Shown here piece by piece: positions 25,791 to 40,303 of a DNA stretch of 64,000 nucleotides. This DNA comes from the human T2T-CHM13v2.0 reference genome, Homo sapiens. Numbering within the stretch: the stretch's first letter is position 1; each line of letters starts with the position of its first letter. Made by a program: the position numbers and the translations under genes. The notes below the pieces were generated by a model, which was given only the letters and a program-made list of their open reading frames with translations, searched no databases and was not told where the DNA came from. The DNA is taken from assembly GCF_009914755.1 (NCBI RefSeq), contig NC_060935.1; one strand, written 5' to 3'.

Positions 25791-27979
25791 TCATTAAATG
25801 TCACCACTTCCATGAAGTCTAGATTGCCTATGCTGAAACTCTGCTCAGAACACCTACATGATTTTGTTTGATTTTTTCTTATGGAAAAATGTCTTACTCA
25901 TGTTTTCAATAGTGAACTATGTGGTTTGTTTTATTGTCCATGCTAGACTTCAAATTCTTAGACTATAACATCTGGACGTGATTTGACATGAAGTCCTGAA
26001 CATAGCCCAGGTAAGGAATATTTCTGTATCTTTCCCCCACATTTATACTTCTGCCTGTCTTTTTGTAACAGTTATGCAGATAGAAATAAGTTGCTAAATT
26101 GTTGGTTGACATCTCATATTGAGCCATTTTTTTTAACTAGGCAGCATTTTTTATTAAGCCCGCCACTCTGATTACCATTATTTTAGTAACTATACCTAGC
26201 GCAACCAGCATCTTTCTCTTTCAGTTTTTCTCACCACAGACTTAAGAATATGTCCCCCTACAATCTTTATATTTCTTTCTTTTTCCTATTCTCAGAGATG
26301 AAAAGGTGAGTAAATACCTAAACTTCATTTAACAACCCAATTTTCACCACAGTGCCCTACTTTGGACATTATTGAGCACTTCCTCAATATTATTCACTCT
26401 TCCTTTGTTCTGTGTGTATATTTCTCTCAACCCAGAATTCCACAGGGAGACAACGTAAATGGAAGGCAGGATCTGGCTGTATCTTTGGTCTTGGAAGTAA
26501 TAATATCAAAATCCCATCTCTTGAATATCTAGTTTACAGTGACAGCAATACTAGTAACAGTAATGGATGACATGCACTGAGCTCCTCATGAGCCCTTCTA
26601 AACTTTGTGTATTTGCTAGTGCACATGAACCACAGAACAATGAAGAGAATTAAGTTATGAAGCAGAAGTTAACCACTTTGCCTAGTGACAGCTGATAAGT
26701 AGCAAAGCTAGGATACAAACCTAGAAAATTTGGCTTTAGCAAGAGACAGCTCGTATCCTGTGTCATATACTGCATCTCACTGGGGGCTTATAAGTAAGGA
26801 GGGGACACAGAAATTGTACTTCTCCAGCCTACCTCACTATCATTACAAGGCCTGGGACTTGTACATAGAGAGTTACAAAGTCTCTTATAGCAGCTGATGC
26901 ACAGTAAGTGCTCAATTAATGATTGTTGAACAAACGAATGAACATTAGATGAAAACATACTTAAACAAGCACATAAACCAATTCAAGTGAGATGAAATTG
27001 AAAACTACAGACAATCAATTTACATACAGAAAGGACTCTTCCATATTTTGTGAGTAAATGATGTGTGTGCATTACAGACACATATTCCAAACAAACATGC
27101 ACACATGTACTAATACACTTAGTTTCTCCACTTGCAACTCAACTGTGATTTTCCTATCAGAGAGTAGTATTTTCCTAGACTCCAGAAATAACACTAAGGC
27201 AACATATTAAATGGTGTGTTATACAAATGCTAAGTACCCCACAAATTCAGTGTTACCTAGCCATTTCATAAACAAAATTTAAAAGTCAATTGGTTTAATT
27301 GAACTGTCAAAGTAGGTCAAACTGAAAGGGCAGAGATTATATATAAATAGTCCAATGTCTGTCAGTCTCAGGGAGCTAGTCATTAGATGCCAATCTGATC
27401 ATAATTAATATGTTATTAAAATCCTCACAAAATAAATTGACTTGATTTAAATCAAAGAGTTGAAGTCATGCAAGGGCAATGAAGAGAAAAAATGTTAGGG
27501 CAAAGTTCTGTACTTTCCTAAAATTTCAAATTTGGGCAAACCAACATGGGCTATCTTATTTTTCCGCTTGGAGAAAATAAGAGATCTTCTCATTTAATCA
27601 TCTACTCATATTTTAAAGTCTTGGAAACTTAGAACACCCTAAATTTGTCTATATTAGATCAGAGTCATGATTTTCTCAGCCCAATATTGTGTCTGCAATA
27701 AAAGAAACAAGTGAAGCATTTTGCCTACCTGCATATCAGCCTCAAGGTTTAGGTATGTTCACAAAATATCTGTGTGCCTAGCACAGTGCTTAGAACAAAA
27801 CAGAAAAACAAACACTTAAAAAATATTTGTTAGAATGAAATAAAATTCTTATTTCCAAGAATAGTATATGCATGTATTTTCCCAAAATTGTTCTAAATTT
27901 CATTCTGTTTTCTGTCTGAATCTACTATGAAATTATGCTGTCTCATGTATGAAGCACAATTTTTGTAATAATTTTTTTA

Positions 27980-28170
27980 AATTTTATTGAATATTTGCCA
28001 CGTGCCAGGCATAGTATCTTATTTTTAACCTCACAACAACCTTAGAAGGCCCATTTTACAGATGAGGAAATTGACACTGTGAGAAATGAAGTTGCCCAAG
28101 TTTATGCAGCTAAAACAAGAGAGAATTAGAATTTAAACAAACTCCTTGTGTTTCCAAAATATCAATGCTC
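27980..28170 (-). mobile_element. MIR SINE
   Basis: GTGCCAGGCA, CCTCACAACAACC, CCCATTTTACAGATGAGGAAATTGA, TTGCCCAAG. Confidence 0.75.
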
Positions 28171-28392
28171 CTTAACTCCAACTTTACAATTAAATGCACT
28201 GAGAGAAACAGCCTAGCCCCTCTTCCCTCAGCATAGTGCTTCTCTGTATTCTGGTATTTCCTGCTTCATAATCTTGGCAGGGCTAGAACAGGGGTTGAGC
28301 AGAAGTCTTGTTAAAAATGCAAATTCATCTACATCACCCAGGACCACCGAAGCAAAATATCCAGACCTACTGAAGAAAGGTGGTGCCCTGGA

Positions 28393-28437
28393 ATCATCAT
28401 TATCATCATCATCATTATCATCATCATCATCATCATC
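28393..28437. repeat. (ATC)n trinucleotide repeat with ATT interruptions, at the end of a MER5-like fragment
   Basis: Seen directly; preceded by CTTGTTAAAAATGCAAATTC...CCAGACCTACTGAA...GGAATC. Confidence 0.9.
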
Positions 28438-29264
28438 TGTCACACTGGAAGGAAGACGAAATAAATTAAATGACATTTTGATTAAATATTAATAAATATT
28501 ACCGATATTTTCAGAACTTGTTAATGTGAAAGGCAAATATATTGTGTATTCATAACTGATAAGATTAATTTCAAAGGAGAAGCTCAATGACTTCAAATGC
28601 CACAATTACTCATAAATACAAAGGTTAACAGGTTAATAGAGAGAAAGGCCAGTACTGTTGAATGGATGGTAAAAATTCATAAGATAGGAGTAGGTAACCA
28701 ATTTTCAGACTTCAAGGTGACCTTGAATACATTATTTAAACCTCTCTAAGCCTCAGTTACTCATGTTATAAAATGAGGAAAATAACATGTATAATGGAAA
28801 AACAAAAATACTGTAAATAAATATGTGTAGCCGAGTGCCTGGCATATAATAGGTACATAATTAAAAATATCTTTTTCTTAAAATAGCTAGCTTCTTCTGT
28901 GTGGATATCCCTAAAATCTCTGTGTATTTGTATAGCCATCTTTTTAATTTTGATTACATACTTAACTAGAAGGTGGATTCTACAGTCCAATAACTATCCT
29001 GTAAAGCCACCTCCCAGGATCAAAAATGGAGAAACGTGGAGTTGTCTTGTATGTCCCTTGGAATAGCAATGCATTCATTTTCTTACAAACCAAATGTTCT
29101 TTACAAATACTGACCAATGCAACAGTCCTTTTGCCCCATGTATTCTAAAAATGGCATAAAGACATTTTTAAGTTAACTAGCTAGCTTCTTTATTGGGTCA
29201 GCCACATGACTTTAAAAATAAAACATCAAGAGTTATCTCAGAAAAATTCAGCAAGCACTTTAGA

Positions 29265-29460
29265 GTTAGTTCTGCTGGGTAGAGCTTGCTAATAAGAACA
29301 GGGTCAGAGGTTCAACCCCTTTGTGGGACCATTATATTCACTTTCTTACAAGACCTCCTTGGCAGTATAATTTGGGCCAGCCTTCTCACGCTGGCATAGC
29401 AATGGCCACAGGAAAGATGCAGCAGAGAGCAAGGCTTCAGCAGAAACCACCTCAGTTCTT
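29265..29460 (+). mobile_element. Ancient tRNA-headed SINE (MamSINE1-like) with a degenerate tRNA-Ile(AAT)-like head at 29265-29331
   Basis: GTTAGTTCTGCTGGGTAGAGC-TTGCTAATAAGAACAGGGTCAGAGGTTCAACCCC...GGACCA aligns to tRNA-Ile-AAT (A box, CT-AAT-AA loop, GGTTCRA B box); body motifs GGCCAGCCTTCTC and TGGCCACAGG. Confidence 0.65.
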
Positions 29461-29688
29461 TAAAAATATCTGCACAGTAAATGGGGTGGGCATTCTGTCA
29501 TACTCTTTCAAGACAGACACCAACCTTGCTTTGACTCAAAGCGTATTCTGAATGTCTTCATCGCAAGAGAAACTTTAGTGGAAGTGCCCTCTGGAATCAA
29601 TGATTGGGGTGGTGGATGGGGGAAGGATATGTGTATATAATTTGAAGGGCAAGGACACAGGGGTATTAAAGTATTTGTATTTTCACGA

Positions 29689-30060
29689 GGTACATTTATA
29701 TAATGGAATACTGTTCAGACAAAAAAATAAAATAAAATCATGTCTTTTGCATCTACATGGATGGAACTGGAGGCCACTGTCTTAAGTGAAACAACACAGA
29801 AAGTCAAACATAGCGTGTTCTCACTTATAAGTGGAAGCTAAAACATGTCTACACATAGACGTAGAGAGTGGAAAAAGTGAACATTAAAGATTTGGAAAGA
29901 TGGGAGAGTGGGAGGAGGGTGAGAGGTAAGAAGTAAGTTAATGGATACAATGAACGTTATTCCAGTGATAGTTAACAGTAAAAGCCCAGATGTCATCACT
30001 ATCCAATATAGCCATGGAATGAAACTGCACTTGTACCCCTTAAGTTTATACAAATAAAAA
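29689..30060 (+). mobile_element. L1MA-like 3' end
   Basis: ATGGATGGAACTGGAGGCCA, TTCTCACTTATAAGTGG, AAAGCCCAGA, AAACTGCACTTGTACCCC, ACAAATAAAAA. Confidence 0.85.
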
Positions 30061-32015
30061 GAGATTTGTTCCTGGTGTTAGAAAAAAAGTAAAGGGGGAA
30101 GGTGCTAGGAGAGGAACTCATATTTATTAAGCACTGTGAGAGCTACTTGATATAAACCTTTCATCTACCTACTTATTAACTATTTCTAGATGTTAGACTC
30201 TGTGCTAAATAAGCACTGGGAAACAGGAACAAGGTAGACAATATTCCTTGTTTTTATAGAATGTACTGTCTGATGAAGGAAACAAATGTTGAACATTAAT
30301 TACAAGTATGATCCATTTTATAAAGATAAGAGCAAAGGGCACTATGGAGACATATGGCAAATGACAGTTTCTGAGTGTAAAACACAGAAATCATTTCTGA
30401 TTAAACTTAAGCTAAACTGTTTTATTAAGGGACTTTGATAATATTAAAACTTTAGGTCACTTAGATGACAGGGTACACAGAGTGTAACCTCAGACTCTCA
30501 CAAACAAGACATTGTGGATCTATTTGGGGATCCTACCATCACATGACTGTGCCCCAATCACTGTGCTCCAACCAATCTGATTGTTTATTTTTGAACTTAT
30601 GCCCAATTGTGGTCAAGGTGTACAGAATCTGTTACCAAACAGAGTATAGGGTGGAAACAAAACAGCTATGTTCTACAGACAAAAATATCCAAGAATCTCA
30701 CTAAGGTGGTAGAATCAGGAAGTGAAATTTTAGGTGAAATTTTAACTATAAGATACATATTATCATCTCCATTTTATACATGATGAAATTAAGATCCAGA
30801 AAGCTTCCATGACTTCTTTAAGAACACAAAGCCATTAACTTAAGAAGGTTGGATGGGAACTCATGACTTTCAGTTTATAAAACTTATGGCTTTTCCATTA
30901 TATCACATTTTCCCAATTTGTATGTCATTAATACAATTAAAACAGGGGATCTTAAAGATATTATGGGCTAGTTTTTGAATAATAAATTTTGATGTCATGG
31001 GCATGTCTAATTAAAACAAACACCTTTCACCTCTACATATGGATGTATTTTGCACAAAGTCTGTTAAAGCTGTAACAAAGTCAACCTTAGAAGATAGTAG
31101 TGGCATGATATACTTACTTAATAAAACCACAAGAAAATCAAACTTAGAGGGAAAATTCAAGATACCCTTGAATTCTGCTAATTACTGTCAAGATGGCCAA
31201 AATCAAGGATGGCAGTTGAAGACACCGTTAACATATTGGTGTGGGGGATGGGATATTTTTAAAGCTACTCTGCTTTTCAACATCAAAATGTCTGCAAAGT
31301 AATCCTTTTCCCAATTTAGTACAGCAAAAGCAAGTAAATTAACAAAATCTAGAATGGCAGACATGATAGTTGGTGAAATACCCTATAGAAAAGCATAATA
31401 AATAAGACACAATGTCAGTTTTGAACTATTCCAAGCACTGTCTGTAACTTTACGACTTTTCCTCGTACTCAAGAACACCAGTGATAATGAGAGTGATGTT
31501 GAAATGAGGATAACTTGGAAGTGACTCTAATATATGTAAAATTTAAGCAATCTCATTTTTCTAATTTATTATGAGACACACTCATAACTGATAATGATAC
31601 AAAGTACATTTTGATAAGATTGTTGAGAAAATGAATTACTGCTTTAGAGTCCAGATCCCAATTCACCTACTCATGTATTATTTCTGACTATTGTGATCTA
31701 CCATTTTACTATAAAATACCTATTCCACTCTGAATCACATAACGCACAGCATTTATTCAGAATATGCACTGTTTCACAGTTTTCTAATTATTTCATGTAT
31801 TTTCTTCCCAGCTGGATAAGAAATGCATCGAAGATATTAATCAGCTCATAGCACAGAGGTAGGTACAATAGATTTCTCTTCTGTGATTTTGATCCTTGAA
31901 GTCACAAAAATAACTTTATAAATAATATGTAGAACCTCGAAAAATTTTATTAACTTGCTGAAGCTAACAGGTACCACAGGAGCAAACTATAGGTTACCAT
32001 ATACCCATTCCCAAG

Positions 32016-32393
32016 TGATATGGTTTGGCTGGGTCCCCACCCAAATACCATCTTGAACTGTAGTTCCCATAATCCCCACGTGTTGTGGGAGGGACCCAGT
32101 GGGAGGTAATTGATTAATAGGGGCATTTAACCCCATGCTGCTGTTCTCATGATGGTGAGTGAGTTCTGACAAGATCTGATGGTTGTATAAGGGGCTTTCC
32201 CCCTTCTGCTTGGCACTTCTCCTTGCTGCCACCACATGAAGATGGACATGTTTGCTTCCCCTTCCACCATAATTGTAAGTTTCCTGAGGCCTCCCCAGCC
32301 CTGCAGAACTGTGAGTCAATTAAACCTCTTGGCTTTATAAATTACCCAACTGTGGGTATATCTTTATTAGCAGCATGAGAATGGACTAATACA
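32016..32393 (+). mobile_element. THE1 (THE1C/D-like) solo LTR
   Basis: TGATATGGTTTGGCTG...GGACTAATACA; exact 5-bp TSD CCAAG at 32011-32015 and 32394-32398. Confidence 0.95.
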
Positions 32394-32459
32394 CCAAGGA
32401 ATATATTTTTGACTAAGACTTAAAGCTAAAGACTTGAGATAAACCCCACAGGGTTATGA

Positions 32460-32985
32460 TATATTAGCCCTTTTATATATTACTAGATTTTATTTGTGAA
32501 TGTTTTTTATATACTACTAAATTTGATTTATTAATGATTTTTGTGTTTATGTTCAAGAGGACCATTCATTTGTAATTTTCTTATAATGTCTTTGTATGGT
32601 TTAGAATCAGGATAACTCTGGCCTCATAAAACTAAATAGGAAGTGCTCCTTCTTTCTCTGTTTTCTGTAAGAGTGAAAGATTAGTATTAATGATCCCTTA
32701 AATGTTTGATAGAATTAACCAGGGAAGCTATCTGGCCCAGAGTTTCCTTTGTAATAAAGTTTTGATTATGGATTTCTATTTATTCTTAATCTAGTTTTAA
32801 TAACTTGTCTTTCAAAGAATATGTTCACTTAATCTAAGTTGTTAGCATTAGCATTTGGGTGTTTATATTATACCTTAATATCATTTTAATGTCTGAGGAT
32901 CTGTAATGCTGTCCCAGATCCTATTGGTAATGTATGTTTCCTGTGGTTTTAATCACTGTAACTAGAAGTTTATCAATTTAACCCT
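32460..32985 (-). mobile_element. Old L1M ORF2 fragment
   Basis: CTGGCCTCATAAAA, TTAAATGTTTGATAGAATT, GAAGCTATCTGGCCCAG antisense ORF2 motifs. Confidence 0.65.
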
Positions 32986-33166
32986 GAATATTAGTCATGG
33001 ATGCTCACTCTTACATTGAACTGGAATTATTTTGTAATTAATTGTTAATTTTTTTCAACATTGAACTGAAATTACAATATAATTAGGCTAGAAGATGAAA
33101 TAAAAGGTATAGAGATAGGAAAGAAGCAGCAATATTGCTTTTGCAGATGATTTGATCATTCATGCA

Positions 33167-33735
<569 letters not shown>

Positions 33736-34184
33736 TGTCGCAGGTGAGTGGTGACTATCTGGGGCTGGTGGCACAGGGGTAAGAAGAATCTACCAGGACA
33801 GTTGTAGATAAAGAAAGGCAGATTTATTAGAGAAAGTATGAAAACATATTGCAAGGGAGCAATGGGCAGGTCAGCAAGAGAGGAGCTAACTGAAAAAGAG
33901 GCTTGTTGGGGATTTTATAGAATGGTGCGTGAGCTGTATGCTAAAAAAGAACTTTGTGTAGTACTGATAATGCCAAGGTTGCAGTGAGCTAACTTGTAAT
34001 TTTTAAACCAGCCAAGGGTCTGGTGACAGCTGCATGCAGGAAGATTGTGCATTATTTGCACGGGAGGGCTATGTGTTGTAGACCATGAAGAAAGGCAGAC
34101 CTATAGCTTATTTGCTTTCTCTTTTTGCTCTCCCTTGGTCCTGCCAGCCTGACTCCACCCCACCCCCAAAATTAGGACTCCACA
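33736..34184 (-). mobile_element. LTR47-like ERVL solo LTR
   Basis: Reverse complement begins TGTGGAGTCCTAAT...GGAGTCAGGCTGGCAGGACCAAGGGAGAGCAAAAAGAGAAAGCAAATAAGCTATAGGTCTGCC; TG...CA termini. Confidence 0.75.
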
Positions 34185-34674
34185 CCAGTCACCCATGACA
34201 TACACTCAGGACTATATATAAGAATCCTAACAGTCTACAAAAAAAAAAAAAGTGACTAAAAATAGTAAGTGGTAACAACATTTTACCAGTGTTGCAGGGT
34301 ACAAGGTCAATAGGCAAAAACGAGTAGTATTTTGTATACTAAAATAAACATTTGCAATTTAAAAAACAATATAATTTACAATGGCATAAAACCTTGAAAT
34401 AGTTAGAAATAAATTTAACGTAACTAGTACAATGAAAACTACAAAACATCACTGACAGGAATTAAAGAATAAAAAATAAATGAAAGCCATCCTTATAGAT
34501 ACAAAGATAAATATTCCCACATAACAATCTGTAGAGTCAGTATACTACCATTCAAAATTCTAGTAGGAATTTGTATAAATTTACAAACTGATTCTAAATT
34601 GTATATGGAAATGTAAAGGATATGAATGAACCAAAACAACTTTGAAAAAGAACTAAGTTGGAGGATTTACACTA

Positions 34675-35088
<414 letters not shown>

Positions 35089-35163
35089 TCATATAAATTT
35101 CACACATTGGGCCAGTTAGTTTCCACAAAGGCGCCAAAATAATTGAATGAAAAAGGAAGATCA

Positions 35164-35619
<456 letters not shown>

Positions 35620-35890
35620 TCATGACCTTACTGTCAAAAAAGATTTCATAGGATATATAAGGCAGAAAGCATACAAAGAAAAAAATCTTTAAAATTGGAT
35701 TTCACCAAAATTCAAAGTCAGTCTTCTCATTGAGAGACAATGTTGAAGTTATTAACAGGAAGCTGCCAACTGAATGAGAATACTCACTATATGTATATCT
35801 GACAAGCACTTATATCCAAAGTATATAAAGAACTCTTCCAACTCAATCAGATGACAAAAAAAAAAAAAAATCAATAAAAAATGAATAAAC

Positions 35891-36236
<346 letters not shown>

Positions 36237-36286
36237 TTAAGATCTTTATTAGAGAAATGTAAATTAAAACAATAACGAGATACTAC

Positions 36287-37571
36287 TGTGTCCGGAATTG
36301 GTGGGTTTCTGGTCTCACTGACTTCAAGAATGAAGCCACGGACCCTCGCCATGAGTGTTACAGCTCTTAAGGTGGCACATCTGGAGTTTGTTCCTTCTGA
36401 TGTTCAGATGTGTTCGGAGTTTCTTCCTTCTGGTGGGTTCGTGGTCTCGCTGGCTCAGGAGTGAAGCTGCAGACTTTCGTGGTGAGTGTTACAGCTCATA
36501 AACGCACTGTGGACTCAAAGAGTGAGCAACAGCAAGATTTATTGCAAAGAGCGAAAGAACAAAGCTACAACAGTGTAGAAGGGGACCGGAGCGGGTTGGC
36601 ACTGCTGCCTCGGGCAGTCTGCTTTTATTCTCTTATCTGGCCCCACCCACATCCTGCTGATTGGTAGAGCCGAGTGGCCTGTTTTGACAGGGCGCTGATT
36701 GGTGCCTTTACAATCCCTGAGCTAGATACAAAGGTTCTCCACGTCCCCATCAGATTAGTTAGATATAGAGTTTGGACACCCAGGTTCTCCAAGGCCCCAC
36801 CAGAGCAGCTAGATACAGAGTGTCGATTGGTGCACTCACAAACCTTGAGCTAAACACAGGGTGCTGATTGGTGTGTTTACAATCCCTGAGCTAGACATAA
36901 AGACTCTCCACGTCCCCACCAGACTCAGGAGCCTAGCTGGCTTCACCTAGTGGATCCTACACCGGGGCTGCAGGTGGAGCTGCCTGCCAGTCTCGCGCCG
37001 TGCGCTCGCACTCCTCAGCCCTTGGGTGGTCGATGGGACTGGGAGCCGTGGAGCAGGGGGTGGTGCTCGTCGGGGAGGCTCGGGCCGCACAGGAGCCCAT
37101 GGAGTGGGTGGAGGCTTAGGCATGGCAGGCTGCAGGTCCCGAGCCTGCCCCGCGGGAAGGCAGCTAAGGCTCCGTGAGAAATCGAGAGCAGCGCTGGTGG
37201 GCTGGCACTGCTGGGGGACCCAGTACACCCTCCGCAGCCACTGGCCCGGGTGCTAAGTCCCTCATTGCCCGGGGCCGGCAGGGCTGGCCGGCTGCTCCAA
37301 GTGCGGGGCCAGCCAAGCCCACGCCCACCCGGAACGCCAGCTGGCCTGCAAGCGCCGCAGGCAGCCCCGGTTCCCGCTCGCGCCTCTCCCTCCACACCTA
37401 CCTGCAAGCTGAGGGAGTGGGCTCCAGCCTTGGCCAGCCTAGAAAGAGGCTCCCACAGTGCAGTGTCAGGCCGAAGGGCTCCTCAAGTGCCGCCAAAGTG
37501 GGAGCCCAGGCAGAGGAGGCGCTGAGAGCGAGTGAGGGCTGTGAGGACTGCCAGCACGCTGTCACCTCTCA
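36287..37571 (-). mobile_element. LTR12C-like (ERV9) solo LTR, 1285 bp
   Basis: Reverse complement starts TGAGAGGTGACAGCGTGCTGGCAG and ends CCAATTCCGGACACA; CpG-rich U3; 4-bp TSD CTAC at 36283-36286 and 37572-37575. Confidence 0.95.
36595..36930 (-). promoter_or_regulatory. LTR12 U3 enhancer/promoter with NF-Y CCAAT boxes, GATA cores and AATAAA TATA-like box, facing lower coordinates
   Basis: ATTGG at 36660, 36698, 36826 and 36867; AGATA repeats; CCCCACCC; TTTTATT at 36623-36629. Activity is inferred from the family only. Confidence 0.6.
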
Positions 37572-39443
37572 CTACTACATACACATTAGAATGAATATTA
37601 TTAAAAGAATTGACAATGCCAAGTGTTGTCAAGAATGTGAAGTCACTGGGATTATCATAATTCTGCTGGTAGAAATGTAAAATATTGCAATCACGTTTGT
37701 AAACAGTTTGCAATTGCTTATAAAGTTAAAGGTACAAAGGTACAATTACTATATACTCCAGAAATTTCTCTCTCAGGAATTTATGACAGAGACATTAAAA
37801 CATACATTCATACAAAGACTTGTATATGAATAATTACAGAAGTTTAATTCATAATAGTCAAAAACTGGAAACGACCCAAATACTCAACAATTGGTGAATA
37901 TATAAACAAATGTAGTATAGCCATACAATGGAATATTATTTAGTAATACATAAAAATGAACTACTAGTGCACAAAGCAATATGGATAAATATCAGAAATG
38001 TGCTAAGCAAAAGAAGCAGATACAAATGAGTATATAATACTTGTTTTCACTTACATATAAAACTATAAAAGGCAAATCTTATATATAATGGTAGAAAGCA
38101 GGCCAGTGGTTATCTCGGGCACAGGTTAAATTTGGGGGGCAATGTTTTATATTTTGATTGTGGTAGAAGTTACATGTCAATATAAATTTGTCAACACTCA
38201 TAGCAATATACAAGTATAATGCATACATTTTGCTATACTTAAACTGTATTTCAATAAAATTGATTTTAAAATTATATACAACTCTCATTGTGACAATTCT
38301 CATCTTCTCCCAATTTTCAGTCCTCTCCAAAAGCCATCACACATGGTAGAACATGACAGGAGTGGAGGAAACACATTATTAAGGGGGATAAGTGTTGTCA
38401 GCCTGTTGCAGGACCTTTACCACCTTAGCAGTGGCCTTTCCTCTTCTATTTATTCTCTGTTAGAACTATGTGACTTTCAGAAGCTGCCCATAAACACTTA
38501 AGCATCTCAACCTTAGTGAGCATTTAGCACTAAAAACTTTACCTGAATTGATACCCTAAGTCCACATCAATACATAAGAGAAACACGTAAATTTTATAGA
38601 TATGCCTTACCAACTAGGGAAGAGAGGAAGATGATTATAGGGAAACAAAGGCATGCTGCTTATTTCCTCTGTTCCACTAATTGACGTAGATACAGAAAGG
38701 CAGAGGAATGACAGTGAGCTGTACAAAAGAGCAAGGAGAGAAACCAGAGCACCCAGACCCCACAATTAGCATCTAATTGGAGACAAAGCCTAGAGTGTGG
38801 GGGTTGCCTTCACGAAAAAGGCACAGAAAACTTGAGAACCACTGCAGTGTCCAAGAGACCAAAACAGAATTGATAGAGATGACATTAAAAGTTTTGCTTA
38901 AACATGAATTAATATGCCATTTCCTGTGTTTTGTGAGAATCCAATATCTGAATTGAACTTTTAATTATTCTTGGTTATTCACTGGTATAATTGGAATGAT
39001 ATAAGTCCTACAGATATACTTTCAAAGAGCTTCTTGGCTTATATAGATTATAAAAAAAAATTACCTCCTCAGAAGGCAAGAAGAGAAAACAGGGTAGAAA
39101 AATGGCAGCATTTGGGTGCCATCTTTGAAGATGAGATCTTTTCACTGGAAAAGCACAAGATTCTTCTTAAACCAATTTTGGATTTCTATCATCTGAACTT
39201 CCTTCCACAATGAGACTCTGAGGATTACAGGATGCTTAGATCCCTTCTTACAAACCCAGTAATAGTTAAATTCAAGTTACAAACCCTTCCAGTTGTCTTT
39301 ATTTTGATATCTTTTCAGTGTTTTTAGTTTACGGAAGTAGCACAACGGCTTTTTTACTATTTCACACATTTTGAGACCCAGAGGAGAGCACAAAAATAAA
39401 CTTATCCCATCTACCATAATGATGGGAGAGAAAAAAGCATATA

Positions 39444-39446
<3 letters not shown>

Positions 39447-39480
<34 letters not shown>
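39447..39480. repeat. (TG)17 microsatellite
   Basis: Seen directly. Confidence 0.97.
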
Positions 39481-39484
<4 letters not shown>

Positions 39485-40303
39485 ACTTGAGCACAGATAA
39501 GCCATCAGGCTCACACATAAAATAGCTTAAGTAAATATGGTTTTAGGATATGTGTACAGGCGTACAGTGAATCCACAAGAAGCAGTGGCTCAACAAATCA
39601 GATAGTCTTTGCAGAGGCTGTGTCTCATTTCCTACGGGACAACTGAGGAGTCCACGTTTTAAGTATTTTCATATTTGTGAAGCTATGTGAGAAACAGCCT
39701 GGGATCTCTAACTGAAGAAGATGTTACAGAGCTTGGTCACATGGCACGAGTAATAACAAAAGCCAACTAACCTTGAGTAATTAGTATTAACATAATTCCA
39801 CTTTTTAACCTGGGATTGGGCTTGGTTGGTCTGAAAACAATTCAAGATATATATTCTACGATTCTAAGTTACCTCCAACATTTTGGCAAGTAGACACAAT
39901 ATGTTAAAAAGAATAACACATCCTTCTAAAATTTAAATGTTTCCTCTGTTACACCCCCTTAATCCAGATGGCCTCTTTTGAAAATTTCATAAATTCTTGT
40001 ATATATCCAGAAATTCTGGGTAACTCAAAACTGACTTTTGCTTCTCTTAAAGAGTATTTCCAAACTTATTTCTCATCCTTTCTATAAAATCGTAAGCTGA
40101 AATTGTCTTCAAAAATAACGAAAGGATTTATCTTCTATTAGATTATAAATGATACCTTCTTCTCACTTACTCATATAAATGGGAATATCCAAAATATGAA
40201 AAAAAATGAAAGCACTGATGAAGCCATCAAGAGTCATTAACAGAACAACAGGGCCTTGCACTAACTCCATTTAGAGACAAGTCATAAATCACATGAGGGC
40301 CTC

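Noticed and set aside
28228-28492. Poly-Asp and poly-Ser ORFs
   Set aside because: Produced by the (ATC)n repeat
29265-29331. Functional tRNA-Ile gene
   Set aside because: Acceptor and anticodon stems do not pair and there is no T-run terminator directly after; better explained as a SINE head
36947-37713. Overlapping ORFs up to 168 aa on both strands
   Set aside because: They lie in the GC-rich LTR12 U3, where stop codons are rare; low-complexity P/A/G/R peptides with no recognisable domain
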